A stretch of 64,000 nucleotides of DNA. It comes from Acidimicrobiales bacterium. GTDB taxonomy: Bacteria; Actinomycetota; Acidimicrobiia; Acidimicrobiales; RAAP-2. Position 1 is the first letter of the stretch. Each line of letters opens with the position of its first letter. The notes beneath the pieces are model-generated. The model saw only the letters and a list, made by a program, of their open reading frames with translations. It was not told the DNA's origin and did no database searches. The stretch is from NCBI GenBank assembly GCA_030039755.1, contig JASHUY010000025.1:5158-69157 (forward strand), given 5' to 3'. Made by a program: the position numbers and the translations under genes. Below, in pieces: positions 8,854 to 18,563 of this stretch.

Positions 8854-10311
8854 GTGAGGGGGGCGGCGGTCCTTCGCAAATCACGCTGGCGCCGGGCATT
8901 GGTGCTCGGAGCGTTGCTCGGGCTCGTACCGGGGTGGTGGACCCCGGTGGCCGGGCAGACGGAGCGGTTGTCCGCGCCGTCGAATCCGGCGTCGTCGCCT
9001 CCCGCGTGGCGCGTCGTCTCCTCCCCGAACGCCGGTGCCACCGACGTCCTCGCCGGCGTCTCCTGCGTTTCCTCCAGCTTCTGCATGGCAGTCGGCACGT
9101 ACAGCCGGTCCGTGGGCTCTGCGGACCTCGCGCTCTTCGAGATGTGGGACGGCGAGAAGTGGTCGATCGTCCCCGGATCGCCCGACGCCCCCGGCCCCCT
9201 TCAGATGAGCGCCATCTCCTGCGCCTCCGACGACTTCTGCCTCGCCGTGGGTACGGTGTACCAGACCGACATCGTGACCGAGCGCTGGAACGGCACGGCA
9301 TGGTCCGTCGTGCCCAGCGTCGACCCGCCCGACTCGTACATCGCCGTGGGCTTGAAGGGCCTCTCCTGCGCGACGAGCCGTACCTGCGTCGCGGTGGGCG
9401 ACGTCCTGGGCGGTGGCAGCTACAAGACGTTCGTGGAGTCCTGGGACGGATCTTGGGTCATCGAGCCGAGTCCCGACCCTGGCCCGTACGCGGTGTTGAC
9501 CGACGTGTCGTGCACGACGACTGGCGGCACCCTGTGCATCGCCGGCGGAGAGTACGGCGAGTCCGAAGCCAATACCACTCACGCCTTCCTCGCAAAGTCC
9601 GACGGCTCCGGTTGGTCGGTCGCGGTCACCGTGCACGCGATCGCCGCCAACGCCAGCTTCTTCAGCGGGGTGTCGTGCAGCTCCGACAGGCAGTGCGCCG
9701 CCGTCGGGACCTACGACGTGGCGGGGGAGGGCTCCTTGCTCGACGACAACTGGAACGGCTCGACCTGGACCCTGCTCCACGCCGCGAGGCCGACCGCCGT
9801 CGCCGTGTCCTGCCTGTCCGCCACCAACTGCGACGACCTCGGGAGCTCTGGCTACGTCTGGACCTGGAACGGGTCGGCCTGGACCCAGCTCGCCAAGTCG
9901 CAGTCGGGCGGCGGCACCTACTTCTCGCTGTCGTGCGCACCCCGGCTCTGCGCCGCCGTCGGCAGCGGCTCCGGGAGCGGCGGCGCGAGCAAGACCGCGG
10001 TGGAGCAGGCCTGCTCGGCCGCTCGGTCCTCGACGGCCGACGTGCTCGCCGCCGACGCTGCGAGCACGTCGGGCTGCGGTCGACGGCACCGCGAAAGGCC
10101 ATCGGTCGCTTCGTCGACGCGGTCGCCTCGCCTCCGGCGACCCCGACGTTCAGTCATCGAGCGTCTTGTGGCGCCTCCAGCTCGTCCCTACAGGGCCGCT
10201 AGGCCGCCCGCTCCTCTGCCGCCGGCTCCACTTCTGGTTCCTCCTCACCCTTCGGGTAGAAGAAGTGGTACGCCAGGGCTGACAGGACCCCGCCGACGAG
10301 CGGCGCGATGA
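8854..10311 (+). CDS. secreted Cys-pair repeat (beta-propeller-like) protein; last ~110 aa doubtful
   Basis: GTG 8854 gives the signal peptide MRGAAVLRKSRWRRALVLGALLGLVPG. About seven units of ~45-50 aa follow the pattern VSC.S...C.AVG.......E.W[DN]G..W. After ...GGASKTAVEQ the text becomes Arg/Pro-rich and runs 113 nt into the convergent aquaporin gene. Confidence 0.6.
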   Translation: MRGAAVLRKSRWRRALVLGALLGLVPGWWTPVAGQTERLSAPSNPASSPPAWRVVSSPNAGATDVLAGVSCVSSSFCMAVGTYSRSVGSADLALFEMWDGEKWSIVPGSPDAPGPLQMSAISCASDDFCLAVGTVYQTDIVTERWNGTAWSVVPSVDPPDSYIAVGLKGLSCATSRTCVAVGDVLGGGSYKTFVESWDGSWVIEPSPDPGPYAVLTDVSCTTTGGTLCIAGGEYGESEANTTHAFLAKSDGSGWSVAVTVHAIAANASFFSGVSCSSDRQCAAVGTYDVAGEGSLLDDNWNGSTWTLLHAARPTAVAVSCLSATNCDDLGSSGYVWTWNGSAWTQLAKSQSGGGTYFSLSCAPRLCAAVGSGSGSGGASKTAVEQACSAARSSTADVLAADAASTSGCGRRHRERPSVASSTRSPRLRRPRRSVIERLVAPPARPYRAARPPAPLPPAPLLVPPHPSGRRSGTPGLTGPRRRAAR

Positions 10312-10948
10312 GGAACACCCACAACTGGCTGAGGGCGGAGCCTCCCACGAAGAGTGCGGGGCCGAGGCTCCGGGCCGGATTCACCGACGTCCCGTCGATC
10401 GGGATGCCGACGAGGTGGACGAGCGTCAAGCTGAGCCCGATCGCGATGCCCGCCACCGTCGCATTGCTGGCTCGACGCGTGACCGCGAGGATCACGAAGA
10501 CGAAGACGAAGGTGAGGATGATCTCGGCGACGAAGGCTCCGGCGGCATTGGCGCCGATGATGGACGACTTCCCGTAGCCGTCCGCGCCGAGCCCGACAGC
10601 GGAGCGGTACAGCGGCGACGAGTGGACGACTCCGTAGAGCCCGGCGGCACCCACGATCCCACCGACGATCTGCGCCGCCCAGTAGCCGACCGCGTCGGCG
10701 AGCGAAATGCGCCTGGCCGCCAGGAAGCCCATCGTGACGGCCGGGTTCACGTGGCATCCCGAGATGGGTCCGATCCCATAGACGAGTGCGAGCAGCACCA
10801 GCCCGAACACCAAGGCGGTCAGGACGTCTCCGGCCGCGATGCTGGTGCCGGTGACCTTGAACCCGAAGCACAGCGTTGCTGCCCCCGCACCGAAGAAGAC
10901 CAGCAGGGCCGTGCCGAGCGCCTCTGCGATGAGCGACCGTGGCTTCAT
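10199..10948 (-). CDS. MIP-family channel (aquaporin Z / GlpF-like)
   Basis: ATG 10948 (AAGGGGG upstream) lies within ORF 10199..11068. There are two NPA boxes (SGCHVNPAVT and GTSVNPARS) and six hydrophobic segments. Confidence 0.9.
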   Translation of the reverse strand: MKPRSLIAEALGTALLVFFGAGAATLCFGFKVTGTSIAAGDVLTALVFGLVLLALVYGIGPISGCHVNPAVTMGFLAARRISLADAVGYWAAQIVGGIVGAAGLYGVVHSSPLYRSAVGLGADGYGKSSIIGANAAGAFVAEIILTFVFVFVILAVTRRASNATVAGIAIGLSLTLVHLVGIPIDGTSVNPARSLGPALFVGGSALSQLWVFLIAPLVGGVLSALAYHFFYPKGEEEPEVEPAAEERAA

Positions 10949-11346
10949 CTCCGAACCCCCTTTCGTGTGGACGACCGTGAGGCCTCCGGTGCACATGATC
11001 CCAAACTCCGGTAGGGAACTGTGGGTTCCCGAACGCCGGCCGCCACCTGCCGGGTGACGTTCTGCCACGAGCTCTCGCCAGGCAGGGAGCAGACCCGAAC
11101 CGCGCCTTCGGGTCGCGGCGCTCAGGCCCAGACATGTCTCGACGAGGTGCTCGACATGACGCGGGACGCATGCCGGTACCCTGAGTGACCGGGAGGGGTC
11201 GTCCCCGGGCGGGCCGGCGAGCCGTCTGAGCTCCAGTGCCGGGAGACAGAGGCGACGGCCACGAGGACGGGTGGAGATGGGCGAGACGGGATGGGGAGGC
11301 GAGATGGGCGAGGCTCGACGAGGTCCGTGGCCCGGCGGCGCGCGGG

Positions 11347-12843
11347 ATGATGTGGACGATGGTTGATCTCACGGACGGCAACGCTGCCGACGCGTCGGCG
11401 AGCTCGCTGAGGGCGCCCGTCGCCCCCCACGTGATCGTCGTCTTCGGTGCCACCGGGGACCTGGCCCACCGCAAGCTGCTCCCCGGAATTCTGCACCTGT
11501 CGGAAGCGGGGCTGCTCCCCGATTTCCGCCTGGTGGGAGTCGCGATGGAGGAGATGGGCGACGAGGAGTTCCGTTCGATGGCACGCCGGGCGTGCGAACA
11601 GTTCGCCAGGACCAACCTCACCGACGACACCTGGAACGAGTTTGCGGAACGGCTCTCGTACGTGCCCACCTCGGCGGGTCCGGCGGCGCTGCACGAGCAC
11701 GTTCTTCGAAACGAAAAGGAGCTCGGTGGAGGAGCGAGGTACCTCCATTACCTGTCGATCCCACCGACGGCGGCCGGCTCCGTCGTCCGGATGCTGGCCG
11801 AGGCGGACCTCGTCGATCAGGCGCGGATCATCATGGAGAAGCCCTTCGGCAGCGATCTGGAGAGCGCACGGGCGCTGAACGCGGTCGTGCACGAGGTCTT
11901 CCGCGAGGACCAGGTATTCCGGATCGACCACTTCCTCGGCAAGGAGGCCGCGCAGAACATCCTCGCTTTCCGCTTCGCGAATGGGCTGTTCGAGCCCATC
12001 TGGAACCGCGATCACATCGACCACGTCCAGATCGACGTGCCCGAGACGCTCTCGGTCGACGGAAGAGCCAGCTTCTACGAGGAGACCGGTGCCTACCGGG
12101 ACATGGTGGTCACGCACCTCTTCCAGATCCTGGCCTTCATCGCCATGGAGCCCCCGACCGCCCTGGAGCCGAAGGCGATCAGCGAGGAGAAGAACAAGGT
12201 CTTCCGTTCGATGCGCCCCGTCGACCCGGCGCACGTCGTGCGCGGTCAGTACGAGGGTTACCGCCACACGCCAGGGGTGGACCCCCACTCGGAGACCGAG
12301 ACCTTCGTGGCGTTGCGGGTGGAAATCGACAACTGGCGCTGGGCAGGAGTGCCGTTCTTCCTGCGCACCGGAAAGCAGATGGCCGAAGGCGCGCGGATCG
12401 TGTCGATCGCGTTCCGGGAGCCTCCGAAGAGCATGTTCCCGTCGGACTCGGGCGTGGGGGCCCAAGGACCCGACCACCTCACGTTCGACCTGGCGGACTC
12501 GTCGAAGCTGTCGCTTTCGTTCTACGGGAAGCGGCCCGGTCCCGGCATGAAGCTCGACAAGCTGAGCCTGCAATTCGCGCTCCACGAGACCGGGCGCGAG
12601 GCCGATGTGCTCGAGGCCTACGAGCGGCTCACGCACGACGCCATGGTGGGGGACAGGACGCTCTTCAACACCGCCGAGGGCATCGAGCGGCTCTGGGAGA
12701 TCTCGAAGCCGCTCTTGGACGACCCACCTCAGGTCCTCCCGTACTGGTCGGGCAGTTGGGGACCGGCGACGATCGACGAGCTGATCGCCCCGAGATCGTG
12801 GCGCCTCCCGTTCCAGCGGGGCTGGCGGACGACGGCATCCTGA
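11347..12843 (+). CDS. zwf: glucose-6-phosphate 1-dehydrogenase
   Basis: VIVVFGATGDLAHRKLLPG is the NADP-binding motif and RIDHFLGKE is the active-site motif. The start was placed at ATG 11347; ATG 11359 is also possible. No opcA-like gene follows. Confidence 0.9.
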   Translation: MMWTMVDLTDGNAADASASSLRAPVAPHVIVVFGATGDLAHRKLLPGILHLSEAGLLPDFRLVGVAMEEMGDEEFRSMARRACEQFARTNLTDDTWNEFAERLSYVPTSAGPAALHEHVLRNEKELGGGARYLHYLSIPPTAAGSVVRMLAEADLVDQARIIMEKPFGSDLESARALNAVVHEVFREDQVFRIDHFLGKEAAQNILAFRFANGLFEPIWNRDHIDHVQIDVPETLSVDGRASFYEETGAYRDMVVTHLFQILAFIAMEPPTALEPKAISEEKNKVFRSMRPVDPAHVVRGQYEGYRHTPGVDPHSETETFVALRVEIDNWRWAGVPFFLRTGKQMAEGARIVSIAFREPPKSMFPSDSGVGAQGPDHLTFDLADSSKLSLSFYGKRPGPGMKLDKLSLQFALHETGREADVLEAYERLTHDAMVGDRTLFNTAEGIERLWEISKPLLDDPPQVLPYWSGSWGPATIDELIAPRSWRLPFQRGWRTTAS

Positions 12844-13061
12844 GCGGGCCCGGCGGCCCCGGTTCACGTCTGCGGGGACGGGTCGTCGGGGGCGAACGGG
12901 GTCCCCTCCCCCTCGGCTCTGGCCAGGAGCGCACCACGACGTCGGTTTGAACGCCGTGCAGCTTTTGAAGGTAGACGGCGAGCAGGGCGATCCCCACCGG
13001 GAGGTCGGATAACCGGCGGCCGAAGCACCCGAATGCGGACGACGTCGAGGGAGCCTGGGCC

Positions 13062-14060
13062 TCAGGGCTCGTCGCGCCGGATCACGACGTGGCCGCCTCC
13101 CACGCTTCTTCCCGGAGGGGAATCGAGAGGCCCCGTGCCGACCACGGGAACGGCGCCGGGAACCCCGCCGAGCCGCGTCGGGCGCGTGCCGGCGTCACGT
13201 GCGGCGATCGTGGTGCCGCCGACGTGCCGGACGCGACCGAGCCGGGATTCGAACCGTGTCGCGTCGGCGTGCCCGCCGATCTGCGCGCCGGACGGTCGGT
13301 CGTCCGGGCGGAAGATGATCAGATAGGCGACGAGGACCGCGTACACGGCCAGCGCGCCGAGCGCCGTGTGCCCGTCACCGAGGTCGATCCCGCTGATGGA
13401 GCGAGGCTTGCTCAGGTAGTCGGCGATCGACGCGCCGAGCGGCCGGGTGATCACGTAGGCGCACCAGAAGGCGACGACGTCGTTCAAACCGAACCTCGAC
13501 CATGCGAGCGCAGGTACGAGGATCACCACGAAGAAGAGGACGGTCGACCCGAGGTAGCCGAGCCCCACCACGGACGCGGTGAAGTCGCCGAGGGCGGTGC
13601 CGAGGGCGAACGTGCAGAAGACGGTCGCCCAGTAGAAGGCCTCGCGCCGCGTGGTCGTGATGCTGTGGATCGAGAGGGTCCGCTCACTCCGGTACCAGGT
13701 GACGAAGACCGCCGCGAGGATGACCGCCCACAGGACGGTCGTCCCCGCGTACGGGATGCCGATGTAGAGGTGCATGAAGTCTGCGATGCCGGTGCCCGAC
13801 ACGGCGATCGCGTACGCGAGGAACCAGTATGCGGCCGCGCGGTAGCGGCGCGTCCGGAACTGCCACGCGAGCGCGATGACGAGCAGCAGCACTTCGATCG
13901 CGCCACCGACGACCTTCCCGAGGCTGTCGAGCGCGAGAAAGTCCGAGGTCGCCTCCCCGCCGGCCGTGGTGACGATCTTCACCACCCAGAAGACGAGGGT
14001 GATCTGGGCAGGAACCTTTACGGCGAGCGGTTCTGGGAAGATTCGGCGTACGGCCTGCAC
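13062..14060 (-). CDS. membrane-anchored protein (COG4705-like)
   Basis: Carries the N-terminal motif KVPAQITLVFWVVKIVTTAGGEATSDFL, followed by multiple hydrophobic helices and a Gly/Arg/Pro-rich C-terminal tail. Confidence 0.65.
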   Translation of the reverse strand: MQAVRRIFPEPLAVKVPAQITLVFWVVKIVTTAGGEATSDFLALDSLGKVVGGAIEVLLLVIALAWQFRTRRYRAAAYWFLAYAIAVSGTGIADFMHLYIGIPYAGTTVLWAVILAAVFVTWYRSERTLSIHSITTTRREAFYWATVFCTFALGTALGDFTASVVGLGYLGSTVLFFVVILVPALAWSRFGLNDVVAFWCAYVITRPLGASIADYLSKPRSISGIDLGDGHTALGALAVYAVLVAYLIIFRPDDRPSGAQIGGHADATRFESRLGRVRHVGGTTIAARDAGTRPTRLGGVPGAVPVVGTGPLDSPPGRSVGGGHVVIRRDEP

Positions 14061-14267
14061 GGGAAGGCTGGTTCCTCAGTGTCGTGCTACGGGTCGGTTG
14101 CGAGAAGTGAGCCTACCCGGGTGCCGCATCGAGCACTGTGCAGCCGCCGACCGATCGGCACCGCCGTTTGGCGCGCGGATGGCGGGACCCGACGCCCGCG
14201 CGCGCACGACGGGTCCTACAGTGCCCTTGTGGCCGCGCCACGAGGCTCGAGCCCCCCCGGCCGGCGG

Positions 14268-14960
14268 GTGACTCCTGAGAAGACCGTCCACGTCGGCAGG
14301 AGGGTCTTCCTCGGCATGGTCGCGCTCGGCGCGGCGGGAATCTCGGTGGGTTCGGCGGTGCAGAGCCGCGTCGGACGCGCCCTCGGTTCGGGGCTCGGAA
14401 GCTTCTTCCCAGGAGGAGACGTCTTCGAGATCTACAGCGTGAGCGGCACGTTTCCTGCGATCGCGACGACCGCCTACCGCCTCTCCGTCTCGGGTCTGGT
14501 CGAGCGTCCTGCCACCTTCACGTTCGCCGACCTCGAGGCGATGCCCCGGGTCCGGTTCGCGAGGACATTCCATTGCGTGACGGGCTGGATCGTCCCGGAC
14601 GTGCACTGGGAGGGCGTGCGACTGTCGCACCTCCTCGACACCGTCGGAGTGCGACCCGGTGCCGTCGCGCTCGCCTTCGACTCTTACGACGGGGTCGACA
14701 CGGAGAGCCTCACCCTCGACCAGGCGCGCCTCCCGGACGTGATCGTCGCCACTCGTATGCTTGGTGCGCCGATCACCAGGGACCACGGCGGACCGGTCCG
14801 CCTGTACGTCGCTCCCATGTTCGGTTACAAGTCGCTGAAGTGGCTTTCGGCCATCAGGGTGGTCGACGCCGTCGAGCCGGGCTATTGGGAGGAGAACGGC
14901 TACCCGGTGAACGGCTGGCTCGACGGGTCCACGTCGACAGTCCCGCCGCGCGGAGCGTGA
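14268..14960 (+). CDS. molybdopterin-dependent oxidoreductase (sulfite-oxidase fold, MsrP/YedY-like)
   Basis: This is the 3' part of ORF 13089..14960, starting at GTG 14268. RRVFLGMVALGAAG is a Tat-like signal. Family motifs are FTFADLEAMP, FHCVTGW, WEGVRLSHLL, GGPVRLYV and FGYKSLKWL. Confidence 0.8.
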   Translation: MTPEKTVHVGRRVFLGMVALGAAGISVGSAVQSRVGRALGSGLGSFFPGGDVFEIYSVSGTFPAIATTAYRLSVSGLVERPATFTFADLEAMPRVRFARTFHCVTGWIVPDVHWEGVRLSHLLDTVGVRPGAVALAFDSYDGVDTESLTLDQARLPDVIVATRMLGAPITRDHGGPVRLYVAPMFGYKSLKWLSAIRVVDAVEPGYWEENGYPVNGWLDGSTSTVPPRGA

Positions 14961-14964
14961 CGGG

Positions 14965-15651
14965 GTGGACCCGCCTTCGGGCACGAGGCCGGGCGTGCCG
15001 ACGCGTCTCCTGCGGTTCGATCGCGTGCAACGCGCCGCGCACTGGGCGAACGCGGTCCTCTTCGGGGTGCTGCTGCTCACCGCGATCCCGCTCCATTTTC
15101 CTTCGGTCGAACGTGTCGTCGGCCGCCACCTCCTGATCGAGACGATCCACGTGTGGGCCGGCATCGCATGGCCGGTTCCGCTCCTCGTCTCCCTCGTAGG
15201 CCCCTGGGGAGCTCGCATGCGGCGTGACGTGCACCGCTTCAACCGGTGGACCCGGGACGAGCTCGACTGGCTTTGGCACTTCGGGGACGTGGAGCTCGAC
15301 AAGGACAAGTTCAATCCCGCCCAGAAGCTGAACGCGGTGTTCATCGGCGGCGCCATCGCCGTCTTCCTCGCCACGGGCATCGTGATGAAGTGGTTCGGGC
15401 TCTTCCCGGTGAGCTGGCGCACCGGAGCGACCTTCGTGCACGAGACCCTCGCGTATGTGGTCGTCGCGGTGGTGCTCGGCCACATCGTCATTGCCCTCAC
15501 CCACCGTGACGCGCTCCGCTCGATGGTGAGGGGCTGGGTCACGGTCGCATGGGCACAGCGACACGCGCCGCGTTGGGCCCGCGAGGAGCTCGCTCGGGAG
15601 GGCGCCGGGGAGCAGACGGCGCCCTCAGCTCACGGGGCGGCCGGCCCGTAG
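14965..15651 (+). CDS. cytochrome b561-type membrane subunit, partner of 14268..14960
   Basis: FDRVQRAAHWANAVLF is followed by four hydrophobic helices with conserved His residues, as in Ni/Fe-hydrogenase/formate dehydrogenase b-type cytochromes. Only a 4-nt gap separates it from the upstream gene. Confidence 0.7.
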   Translation: MDPPSGTRPGVPTRLLRFDRVQRAAHWANAVLFGVLLLTAIPLHFPSVERVVGRHLLIETIHVWAGIAWPVPLLVSLVGPWGARMRRDVHRFNRWTRDELDWLWHFGDVELDKDKFNPAQKLNAVFIGGAIAVFLATGIVMKWFGLFPVSWRTGATFVHETLAYVVVAVVLGHIVIALTHRDALRSMVRGWVTVAWAQRHAPRWAREELAREGAGEQTAPSAHGAAGP

Positions 15652-15724
15652 CATGCCGGAAGTGGCGTCAGTGGCGGGCCAGGCGGTGAGGGACGGGGCG
15701 AGGGACACCGGAGGTGGGCGAACC

Positions 15725-16666
15725 GTGCGCGCCGCGCGGCTCCTCGAGCACGGGAAACCGCTCGAGGTGCGACGCGTACCGCTCGGCGAGCCCGGGCCCG
15801 GCGACGTCCTCGTCGAGATGGGCTTCGCCGGGGTGAACCCCGTCGACCGCTACGGAGCCTCGGGTCGCGTCGCCCCGGATGCGCCCTTGCCACGTACGCT
15901 CGGGGTCGAAGGGGCGGGCCGCGTGGAGGGGCGTTGGGTCGTGATGCACGGCCACGGGCTCGGCACTTCGCGCGACGGGCTCTGGGCAGATGCGGCGATC
16001 GTGCCGCGCACGGCGTGCGTCGACGTGCCTGACGGTGTCGACCCGGCGACTGCGGCCTCGCTCGGCGTGGCGGGTGCCACCGCGTACCGGACGGTCACCG
16101 ACCTCGCCCGGGTGAGCCCCGACGACCGCGTCGTCGTACTGGGTGCGAGCGGCGGCGTCGGCACCATGATCGTCTCGCTGGTGCACGCGATCGGCGCGCA
16201 GGTGTGGGGCCAGACGGGCAACGCGATGAAGGCTCGCGCCATCGAGGAGAGCGGCGCGGACCGGAGCGTCGTCGCCGGCGCGGACACGCTCGCGGCCGCC
16301 GTCGCGCAGCTCCGCCCGACGGTCGTCTTCGACCCGCTCGGGGGCGGCTTCACGGGTGCCGCCATCGAGGCTCTCGAGCCGTACGGGCGGTTGGTCCTCT
16401 TCGGCGCCAGCGTGGACGTCGAAGGGCGCGTGCCGCTTCTCGTGCTGTACCGGAAGCACCTGACGATCCTCGGCTACGGAGGGTTGATCGAGCCGGACGA
16501 CGTCATCCACCGCAGCGTCGAGGGGGCGCTGGAGGCCGTCCGAGAGGGGCGGATGTCGGTCAGGATTGACTCGATCCTGCCGCTCGAAGACGTGAACGAC
16601 GCGCTCCGGCGCATCGAGCGCAGGGAGGCGTCGGGGAAGCTCGTCCTTTCGCTGGGGGGGAGCTGA
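15725..16666 (+). CDS. MDR-family quinone oxidoreductase-like NAD(P)H oxidoreductase
   Basis: GTG 15725 has GGAGG upstream. Motifs are VLVEMGFAGVNPVDRY and the Rossmann segment VVVLGASGGVGTMIVSL. Confidence 0.8.
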   Translation: MRAARLLEHGKPLEVRRVPLGEPGPGDVLVEMGFAGVNPVDRYGASGRVAPDAPLPRTLGVEGAGRVEGRWVVMHGHGLGTSRDGLWADAAIVPRTACVDVPDGVDPATAASLGVAGATAYRTVTDLARVSPDDRVVVLGASGGVGTMIVSLVHAIGAQVWGQTGNAMKARAIEESGADRSVVAGADTLAAAVAQLRPTVVFDPLGGGFTGAAIEALEPYGRLVLFGASVDVEGRVPLLVLYRKHLTILGYGGLIEPDDVIHRSVEGALEAVREGRMSVRIDSILPLEDVNDALRRIERREASGKLVLSLGGS

Positions 16667-16722
16667 GGGGGAGGGGTCGTCCCGCGCCGCGCGTAACCTG
16701 GTCCTGGCGGAAAGGAGGTGAC

Positions 16723-18441
16723 GTGCCGGCCCACGACGTGACGAACCAACCTCCCGTCCTCGCCGACTACGACGTCGCGCAGGATGCGACGCTCCTCGCC
16801 GGTTTGCACGCGTTCGGCGCCGGGTGGGCGGAGCCCGAGCTCCACGAGGTGGGGCGCCTCGCCGGGACGGCGCACGTCGCGGAGATGGCCAGGGTGGTGA
16901 ACGAGTACCCGCCCGTGTTGCGGACGTACGACCGCTCCGGCGACCGGATCGACGAGGTCGAGTTCCACCCCTACTGGCACGATCTCCTCCGACTCGCACT
17001 TTCCCAGGGCCTGCACGCCACCGCCTGGCGGACACCGCGGCGAAGTGCGCACACGGCGCGCACCGCGAAGTTCCTGGTCTGGGGGCAGACCGAGGCCGGT
17101 CACCTGTGCCCGGTGTCGATGACGTACGCCGTGGTTCCCGCACTGCGCCATGCGCCGTCGCTCGCCTCGCGCTTCGAGCCGCTGCTCGAGTCCCCGGACT
17201 ACGACCCCGGGCTGCGGGACCCCGAGACCAAGCTCGGCCTCCTCGCGGGCATGTCCGTGACGGAGAAGCAGGGTGGCTCCGACCTGCGATCCAACACGAC
17301 GACCGCGACCCCGACCGGCGACGGAACCTTTCGCATCCTGGGGCACAAGTGGTTCACCTCGGCCCCGATGTCGGACCTGTTCCTCGTCCTCGCACAGGCG
17401 CCGGAAGGGCTCTCGTGCTTCCACGTTCCCCGGGTCCTCCCGGGGGGCGAGCGCAACGCCATCCGGCTGCAACGGTTGAAGGACAAGCTCGGAAACCGTT
17501 CCAACGCCTCTGCCGAGGTCGGGTACGAGGGAGCAGTCGGCTGGCTCGTCGGAGAGGAGGGCCACGGCATCCGGACGATCATGGAGATGGTGTCCGCGAC
17601 CAGGCTCGACGCGATGACCGCGAGCGCGGCCGGCATGCGGTGGGCCGCGGTCCAGGCGGTCCACCACGCTCGCCACCGCCGGGCGTTCGGCGCCCTCCTC
17701 GTCGACCAGCCACTGATGGCCAACGTCCTCGCCGACCTGGTCGTCGAGTCGGAGGCCGCGACGCTGCTGTCGCTGCGGCTCGCGGCCGCGACGGACCACG
17801 CGGCGGCGGGCGACGACGCGGAGGCCGCCTTCCGCCGGATCGCTCTCCCCGTCGGCAAGTACTGGGTCTGCAAGCGCGCGCCCGCCCACGCGGCCGAGGC
17901 GCTCGAATGCCTCGGGGGCAACGGGTACGTCGAGGAGTCCCAGATGCCCCGCCTTTACCGCGAAGCGCCTCTCAACTCGATCTGGGAGGGCTCCGGGAAC
18001 GTCACCGCGCTCGACGTGCTCCGGGCGATGGCGACCCGGGCCGGGACCGTCGACGCCTTCATCGACGAAGTGGTGAGGGTGGAGGGCGAGGACGCGCGGC
18101 TCGATCGCGCCGTCGAGGAGCTCCGCAAGGAGCTCGTGGACGGCGAAGCCCTCGAGGCGCGCGCCCGGCGGATCACCGAGCGGTTGGCGCTGGTCCTCCA
18201 GGCGTCGCTCCTGCTGCGGCACGGCGCGCCGGCGGTCGCCGACGCCTTCATGTCGTCCCGGCTCGAGCGCGACCACGGCGGAGCCTTCGGCGACCTCTCG
18301 CCACGCGCCGACCTTCGCGCGATCCTGGAGCGGGCGGCAGTGGAGGTGCTCGGCCCGGCTCAGGGCTCGCCGGCTCCGGGCCCCGGTGGCACCCGGTCGG
18401 CCGTCCCGAGCCGCGGTGCCGTGCCGGCGGCGAAAGGCTAG
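16723..18441 (+). CDS. AidB-like acyl-CoA dehydrogenase family protein
   Basis: AGGAGG precedes GTG 16723. The N-terminus NQPPVLADYDV..DATLL, together with WFTSAPMSD and IWEGSGNV, is typical of AidB-type acyl-CoA dehydrogenases. Confidence 0.8.
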   Translation: MPAHDVTNQPPVLADYDVAQDATLLAGLHAFGAGWAEPELHEVGRLAGTAHVAEMARVVNEYPPVLRTYDRSGDRIDEVEFHPYWHDLLRLALSQGLHATAWRTPRRSAHTARTAKFLVWGQTEAGHLCPVSMTYAVVPALRHAPSLASRFEPLLESPDYDPGLRDPETKLGLLAGMSVTEKQGGSDLRSNTTTATPTGDGTFRILGHKWFTSAPMSDLFLVLAQAPEGLSCFHVPRVLPGGERNAIRLQRLKDKLGNRSNASAEVGYEGAVGWLVGEEGHGIRTIMEMVSATRLDAMTASAAGMRWAAVQAVHHARHRRAFGALLVDQPLMANVLADLVVESEAATLLSLRLAAATDHAAAGDDAEAAFRRIALPVGKYWVCKRAPAHAAEALECLGGNGYVEESQMPRLYREAPLNSIWEGSGNVTALDVLRAMATRAGTVDAFIDEVVRVEGEDARLDRAVEELRKELVDGEALEARARRITERLALVLQASLLLRHGAPAVADAFMSSRLERDHGGAFGDLSPRADLRAILERAAVEVLGPAQGSPAPGPGGTRSAVPSRGAVPAAKG

Positions 18442-18563
18442 GAGCGAGGCGAGGGAGGCCGGCGGCGATGGGGACAGCGCGCGCCCTCGGACGGCGCGAG
18501 GAGCAGGTCGACGCGGGCTCCGAGCCGCACTCGCCGGCACGGCGCTTCGCGGTTCCTCCCGCG

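Noticed and set aside
12665-12997. A minus-strand ORF whose first ~30 aa (MGIALLAVYLQKLHGVQTDVVVRSWPEP) look protein-like downstream of zwf; the absence of opcA was also noted.
   Set aside because: The rest of the ORF is antisense Arg/Pro shadow overlapping zwf. It is at most a tiny gene fragment and is not supportable as a feature.
13240-13262. GGGATTCGAACC, which resembles the reverse complement of a tRNA T-loop.
   Set aside because: The flanking bases cannot form T-stem or acceptor pairing, and the site lies inside the coding tail of the COG4705-like membrane protein gene.
18440-18470. Two GGA motifs (aGGAgcgaggcgagGGAgg) upstream of glgE as possible CsrA-like binding sites.
   Set aside because: GGA is intrinsic to Shine-Dalgarno sequences in this genome, so it is not specific evidence on its own. 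It is kept only as something to test in the CsrA-like finding.
16824-18563. The 5' 1.7 kb of the 1254-aa ORF 16824..20588, plus similar giant ORFs (15668..17143 -, 16474..18540 -, 20987..23674 -, 25326..27653 -, 11122..12867 -, 38861..40381 -).
   Set aside because: Their translations are Arg/Pro/Gly/Ala-rich with no motifs. They run antisense or out of frame to genes with clear family signatures (aidB-like, glgE, treS, glgB, zwf, the IS110 transposase). These are typical shadow ORFs of high-GC DNA.
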